A DNA stretch of 56,607 nt, the filler included, from Platydemus manokwari (taxonomy: Eukaryota), in the NCBI GenBank assembly GCA_037951405.1. It is 5 parts of 5 records of this genome, joined end to end, with 100 filler letters (N's around TTAATTAATTAA, not from the genome) between each part and the next. Parts side by side here need not be neighbours in the genome. Positions count along the whole stretch, not along the records: positions 44,434 to 56,607 come from JBBMOY010272226.1; 4 more parts are not named here. One strand, written 5' to 3'. The position numbers and the translations under genes are program-made. The notes under the pieces were generated by a model. It did not search any database. It was not told where the DNA came from and was given only the letters and a program-made list of their open reading frames with translations. Shown here one piece after another: positions 50,878-56,607 of this stretch (within the stretch, counting starts at the first letter, position 1; every line of letters starts with the position of its first letter).

Positions 50878-52023
50878 AGCGGTCTGTCTTTGCACGATGA
50901 AGTTGCAGACGATACTCCAATTAACGGATCTCCTTATAGTACTAACGAACGACCAAACAGAGATGAATCTTCGAAACTTGGCTCTTCTCCGTTAACAGGA
51001 AATTATAACCATAAGCCAAGTAAAGCGTCGTCATCCCCAGATAATGATACAGATGAAGGAGTCGCTCTCGACACTCCACCACAATCTGGAATTAATCATT
51101 CCTCTTCTAGCACACAGCAGCAACAGAAATCTCCTACAACTCCTAAGGCTACATCTCCAACAGAAAAATCCAGTAGTGCTCCTCGTACTAGATCGAAGCC
51201 AGTTAAAGTATCAGATAAAGAAGTTATTGATCGTTTGAAATTGGTCGTTTCTGCTGGTGACCCATTGGATAAATATATTCTCGATGAAAAAGTTGGCCAA
51301 GGAGCATCAGGAGTAGTGTACAGTAGCACTCACAAAGCTACCGGGCAACCATTAGCAATTAAACAAATGGCTTTAGCTAGTCAACCGAAAAAGGATTTAA
51401 TTGTTAATGAAATTCTGGTAATGCGAGCCCATCGTCATCCAAACATCGTCAATTATCTCGATAGTTACTTGGTTGATGACAACAAAGAGCTTTGGGTTAT
51501 CATGGAATACCTTGATGGTGGATCTCTCACTGATGTCGTCACTGAGGCGTTCATGCAAGAAAATCAGATCGCTACCGTTTGTCGGGAAACTTTGCAAGCA
51601 TTAGAATTTTTGCATTCAAAACATGTCATTCATCGAGATATCAAGTCCGATAATATACTTCTCGGTCTCGATGGTCAAGTGAAACTTACAGATTTCGGGT
51701 TTTGTGCTCAGTTAAGTAATGATCTTACCAAAAGAACAACGATGGTTGGCACTCCTTATTGGATGGCACCGGAAGTTGTTACCAAGAAGCAATATGGGCC
51801 TAAGGTCGATGTTTGGTCTCTGGGGATCATGGCTCTTGAAATGTTAGATGGTGAACCGCCATATCTGAACGAAAATCCTCTCAAAGCTCTATATTTAATT
51901 GCCACTAACGGAAAACCTGAAGTGAAAGAAGCTCAGAATATGTCATCTGAATTCAGAGATTTTCTCGACTGTTGTTTGGAAGTAGACGTCGAAAAAAGAT
52001 TGTCTGCCAGTGACCTATTAAAT
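50878..52023 (+). CDS. pak1: PAK exon 7 (linker and STE20/PAK kinase domain)
   Basis: ttttcag| in frame with ORF 50890. [51 protein letters not shown]. Donor AAT|gtaaga at 52024. Confidence 0.96.
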
Positions 52024-54609
52024 GTAAGATTTTTTAAAATTTATCCTTCCTACATCACGATAGTTATGTTTCTGGAAATGCCGTGTTACGTTTAACCAAT
52101 TAGAATTAATCGTTTTTTAAATTGTATTTTTATATTTTTACATTGATCTCGAAACGCATTCAGTACAGGATATTTTCCAGGAACACCTAACTACCATGTT
52201 ATGTGCTATATAAATTAATTATGGCTTATTTATACGGGATATCGTTTTTAATATTCATCTAAATATTAAAATGATTTGGCTATAATTGTTGAGATATGAT
52301 TAAAAATTAAAAGAAAATAAAAATTATCTGAATTGAATGTTATCAAGTTATATTTTATGAAGCAAATAAAATGTTTTCATTGGTGTTTTGCAACCGTTAT
52401 CATGGATATAAATGTGATATTTCTTTCGTAATTTCTTGCATATATTTCGATTACTAATTGAAACGATTCTTAAATTTATTATCCAAAAATCTAAGCCAAC
52501 AGAATTTTAATACGATATAAGAAACGTGCCTAAAAACTGCACATTTTTTTATGAACATGAATTTTACTTGAATTGATGTTATTCATTTCACAATTAATCA
52601 TTTTTGATTGGTCATTCTCTGTGTATGTGCTTCTCAATTTGTTGTCACATTGCTCTCACTTTTGGTTTTGAATTTCATTTTTATTGTCATCCATATGTTG
52701 TATTCACCCAATGTTACCGTTGAGTTAATAAATGGAATCAATATTAAAATATAAGATCGGAGATTTATTATAAAATATAAAATTACTCATTTGGTTTTTC
52801 AATAACAGAAAATTGTCGTTAAATTTATTTTCAGATTTTTTAGGAATTTACTGACTTAATGATTATCTTTACATTGTATACATTGATCACAACTGATATT
52901 ATTAATAATAATATTATTAAATATTTATTGAATCTGAACGATCCATATGGGATACTGTCATATTAATTCGTTATATATAACTCGTGATATAATATTTGTC
53001 GATATTAGCAAGGGTCGTTAACACATATTGTTCATGTCGTTCATAGTTCATATTGTTAAAATTAAAACATTTTAATTAATTATTGATAATTGTGAAGTGG
53101 TTCAACAACTTGATCAATTAATATTTTAAAAACAATGTTTTGCGTTATCAGGTTATTAAATTAACTTTTCTATAATTACCTTCATAAGGTTTTTTGCAAT
53201 ACATTATATGATGACAGGAACTAGCGTCGATTTATTTGAAATAGACATTAACATTGTATTTCTTTACAAATAGTCATACTTATAAAAGCGAAAATAAAGA
53301 GGCTTAGGGGAATATATTCCGTATTTCGAAAATTTCAAAGATATTGATTTAACAATAACTTTTGAACGATTCTGTCATTTGTTTCGTTATGAGTTCTCGA
53401 TATTAAATTTAGTGGAATGTGCAAGCAGATAAATCCAACATTACATATCGTTATAGTGTGAAATTTTAAATTTGATAATGTTATCACAAATAAGTCATTC
53501 GAAAAAAAATAGGTTACATGCATAGATAAACATTTTCTGTTACTGTAACTTAACCAATGAAAACATTGAACTTTTGCAAAACATTTTTTTGTAAATGATA
53601 TTATGTATCCAGCTCATACGTGACTGCTGGTGGAAAATGTTTTCCCGCAGATGTGAAATTCTGTGTTAAACAAAATACATTAGATTTTTACCGTGGTTTA
53701 ATTTAGACATTGCGCTCGTCTATAATGACTTAAATTGGATTTTATATTATCAGTGGAGTACCATATGAATATGATCTAAGTTTTCTGAAAATGCCTTATC
53801 CTGTTTCTTCAACGTGTCGCCATTTCTTTAAGTGTCGCCAATTTTCTCTATTTAATTTACACTCGGACAATTTACCTAGAAATATAACATCAATAAGTTT
53901 AAACAAAGTATTTTGATATAAAAATGTATTACACAAATCAATATGTTATTGATATTCACAGTGATTTTGTTATTGTTATATATTCATAAATAATATATTT
54001 TTTTGATAAATATCGAATCATGTGCTTATTTTTATCTTTGACATTGTCAATACATTATACAAGTTAGATTGATCATTTACAATTGTGTGGACAAATTCTC
54101 GTAAATATGCTATTGTCACATAGTTGTGGTCATTCAATATCAGTCTTTCAATATACAAATGATTGCATTATGTGTCTACGGAATGTTCATTCTTTCAATA
54201 TTGTACTTATTTGAATATTTGTGTATTTATGATGGTGTTATGATTCATTTTGATTCATGTTATCAGTGATTAATCGATTTCTAAGAAATTTATGATGGCC
54301 ATTTACATTTTCACACAAATGCCTCGATTGTCTAGACCGCTGAAATGACAATTTTTAACTTCAAACAACACAGGGAATTTATTTATTTTCTACTGACATA
54401 TTAATATAATGTCCCTAATTCCATTTGAAATAAGTAAACAATCCTTCAATAGCGAAATTAGATATGTGGTATTGGTTATATGTATGATGGAAAATAAATT
54501 ATGAGCGCTAAATATTTTAAAACTCACATAGAGAAATGTCAGTTTCGGAGCACTTTTCTAAGATCACTCAGATTACTTTGAATTTTTAGAAATTCTAATT
54601 TTATCTTTT

Positions 54610-54611
<2 letters not shown>

Positions 54612-54647
<36 letters not shown>
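54612..54647. repeat. (TA)n microsatellite in last PAK intron
   Basis: Read directly. Confidence 0.95.
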
Positions 54648-54653
<6 letters not shown>

Positions 54654-54787
54654 GTATGATTTCGATATTAATCATAATTGTAAGCTGAAATGGAATAAAT
54701 TTAAGAGGTTTTAAAATTGTATTGATTTTTATTTGATTTATAATTCGATAATTTGTCGATACAATTTATTTAATATTTCCATTTCAG

Positions 54788-54877
54788 CATCCATTCATAT
54801 TAAAGAAATCGGAATCAGTCAGTTGCTTAGTGGAATTAATCAAGGTCGCCAGAGAGCAGCAACAGTTATCGAAATAA
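54788..54877 (+). CDS. pak1: PAK terminal exon 8
   Basis: catttcag| HPFILKKSESVSCLVELIKVAREQQQLSK* completes LLN-HPF and resembles the PAK tail SSLTPLIAAAKE. Joined CDS is 1926 nt = 641 aa plus stop. Confidence 0.92.
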   Translation, partial: HPFILKKSESVSCLVELIKVAREQQQLSK

Positions 54878-56607
54878 ATTGATCTTAATAAATTGCATAA
54901 AAAGTATTCCGGTTCTTTTTTTAACGGTTTTTTAGCAAATAGTTGACAATAAAAATACTTTTGTCTACTGATTTATATTGTAATTGTATTTGGTGTTTTT
55001 ACATTTTATCGCAATTTCTGTCAATTTTTCTGTAGATTATACTTTTGTTTTTACACAAATTGCTCGTTCAGTCAGTTTTTGAATTGACCAGTCATTTATA
55101 TTTTTTTGTAAATAATACTTTCTCGATTTTATTTTCATTTGATATTCATAGCAATATTTCAATTGCTATGTTTAAATGATTGATACTGATCGAATATGAG
55201 TTGGACGATTTTTTTTTGGTTCTGTTTGAAAATAATAATAATGTGTCGATGTTTGGTGATTTAATAATACATGATTACAATTATTATTATCATTTGTTTT
55301 TAATTTTATTAATGGTGATAATCAATTCAGTAATCTTTTTTCACACGTATGGCTTTCTGAGTTTGGTTAGTTGCCTTGATCATTGCTAGATAGTTTTTTT
55401 TGGTGATCAAATTATTTACTCATTTACCTTTTGTGTAACGGAGGTTTCTGTGTATGAATTTGTAATTTGTGTTCTTTATTATCACAGTAATTTTATGGAA
55501 ATTTTGTTACTTTGAAAGTTGTGCATGAAAACCAATGGATATTTAGTTTTTATAACCCAATTTTATCAGTTCGAGGATTGTGAGTTAATGATTGGGGTGG
55601 CTTGTCTTTAATGCAAAGTTCTCTATTGATCAGTTGTATATATATTATATGAATCTTTGGCGTTTTTTCGTTAATAATTTATCTAATTAAGAAAATTTCA
55701 CGAAAATATGATTTTCATCAATTAGAGATTTTATTAAATGATTTCGATATTATATTTAAAATTAATTCCAGATTTTTAAAATTTTTAATTGTTAAGTTAA
55801 CGAAATACTTCAAACGCTGTTTGTTATTATCAAATAATATATGTAAAAAGAAACATCAATACATAGTTCTTTTTGTTGCATTACATTTGAGAATCGTAAT
55901 TTTATGTTATATTTTAAGCATCAAGTGATTTTTGGACTGAAAACTGAATACAAGCATTATTGATGGTTTGAGATATTGAATCAATCTGTGCTAAGATATG
56001 ATAAAACACGTAGGAGTCATGTGCGCATTGACAAGCCTATATATTTGATATGATTTTGGTTTGCTCTACTCGTCACGTTTCATATCTTGAGATGCAACAT
56101 GTTTTCGATGTATTTGCAAAATCGATTCGTTTCTCAATCGATATCTCTTTGTCTTGAAGATATATTTGTATATTTACACAGAAATGACTCACCATATTTC
56201 AACAGCATCAAAACTCATACAAATGAAATAGACGTGTATTTGTATTAAGTAAATAATTAAATATATTTACTTGTTTCATAGTGTTTATTAATTGGTTATT
56301 AATTTAAAATACATGTATTGTTTTTTCTAATTAAACAAATATTTCCTTTATTTGAGATGTGTATAATATAGACTAAGTTGTGAATGAAGGCAGGTATCTA
56401 ACTCGTTAACCTTGATTGTTTTATACATTAAGTTTCATAATAATTATGCACTTGACAAAGTTTAAGTTAAGGTTGACAAAGTAATAAGAAATATTCAGTA
56501 ACATTCAATGATATTATCGATAAAACCATACCACTTAAAATAAAATAATAATTCCAAGTGCTTATTTCGAAAACAGGAAATTTAAAAAATTAAAGAATTA
56601 AAATGAA

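Noticed and set aside
52024-52095. ORF tail [23 protein letters not shown] as the PAK C-terminus
   Set aside because: Read-through past the gtaaga donor; the conserved HPF tail is at 54788-54877.
1-56607. tRNA, rRNA, CRISPR array or prokaryotic operon
   Set aside because: None recognised by eye; spliceosomal introns show eukaryotic DNA. A covariance-model scan would be needed to exclude small ncRNAs.

Overview
Very AT-rich eukaryotic genomic DNA. A triclad planarian is likely, inferred from composition, 44-51 nt introns and the transposon set, but unverified. The window is five contigs joined by artificial 100-nt gaps (44N-TTAATTAATTAA-44N). Three host genes are recognisable, all from one adhesion/migration pathway: (i) the terminal exon of a Rac GTPase (8303-8452, -, absent from the ORF track); (ii) a two-exon p130Cas/BCAR1-family scaffold (21840-23690, -, ~576 aa); (iii) an eight-exon group I PAK kinase (46694-54877, +, ~641 aa) with an 18-nt microexon and a candidate kinase-less alternative 3' end. 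The rest is decayed mobile DNA: a deleted mariner, two pogo/POGK-like elements, a full-length Buster-type hAT, putative solo LTRs, an unclassified repeat family present on four contigs, kinase-like relics and microsatellites. Most short ORFs in the supplied track are spurious or transposon fragments.
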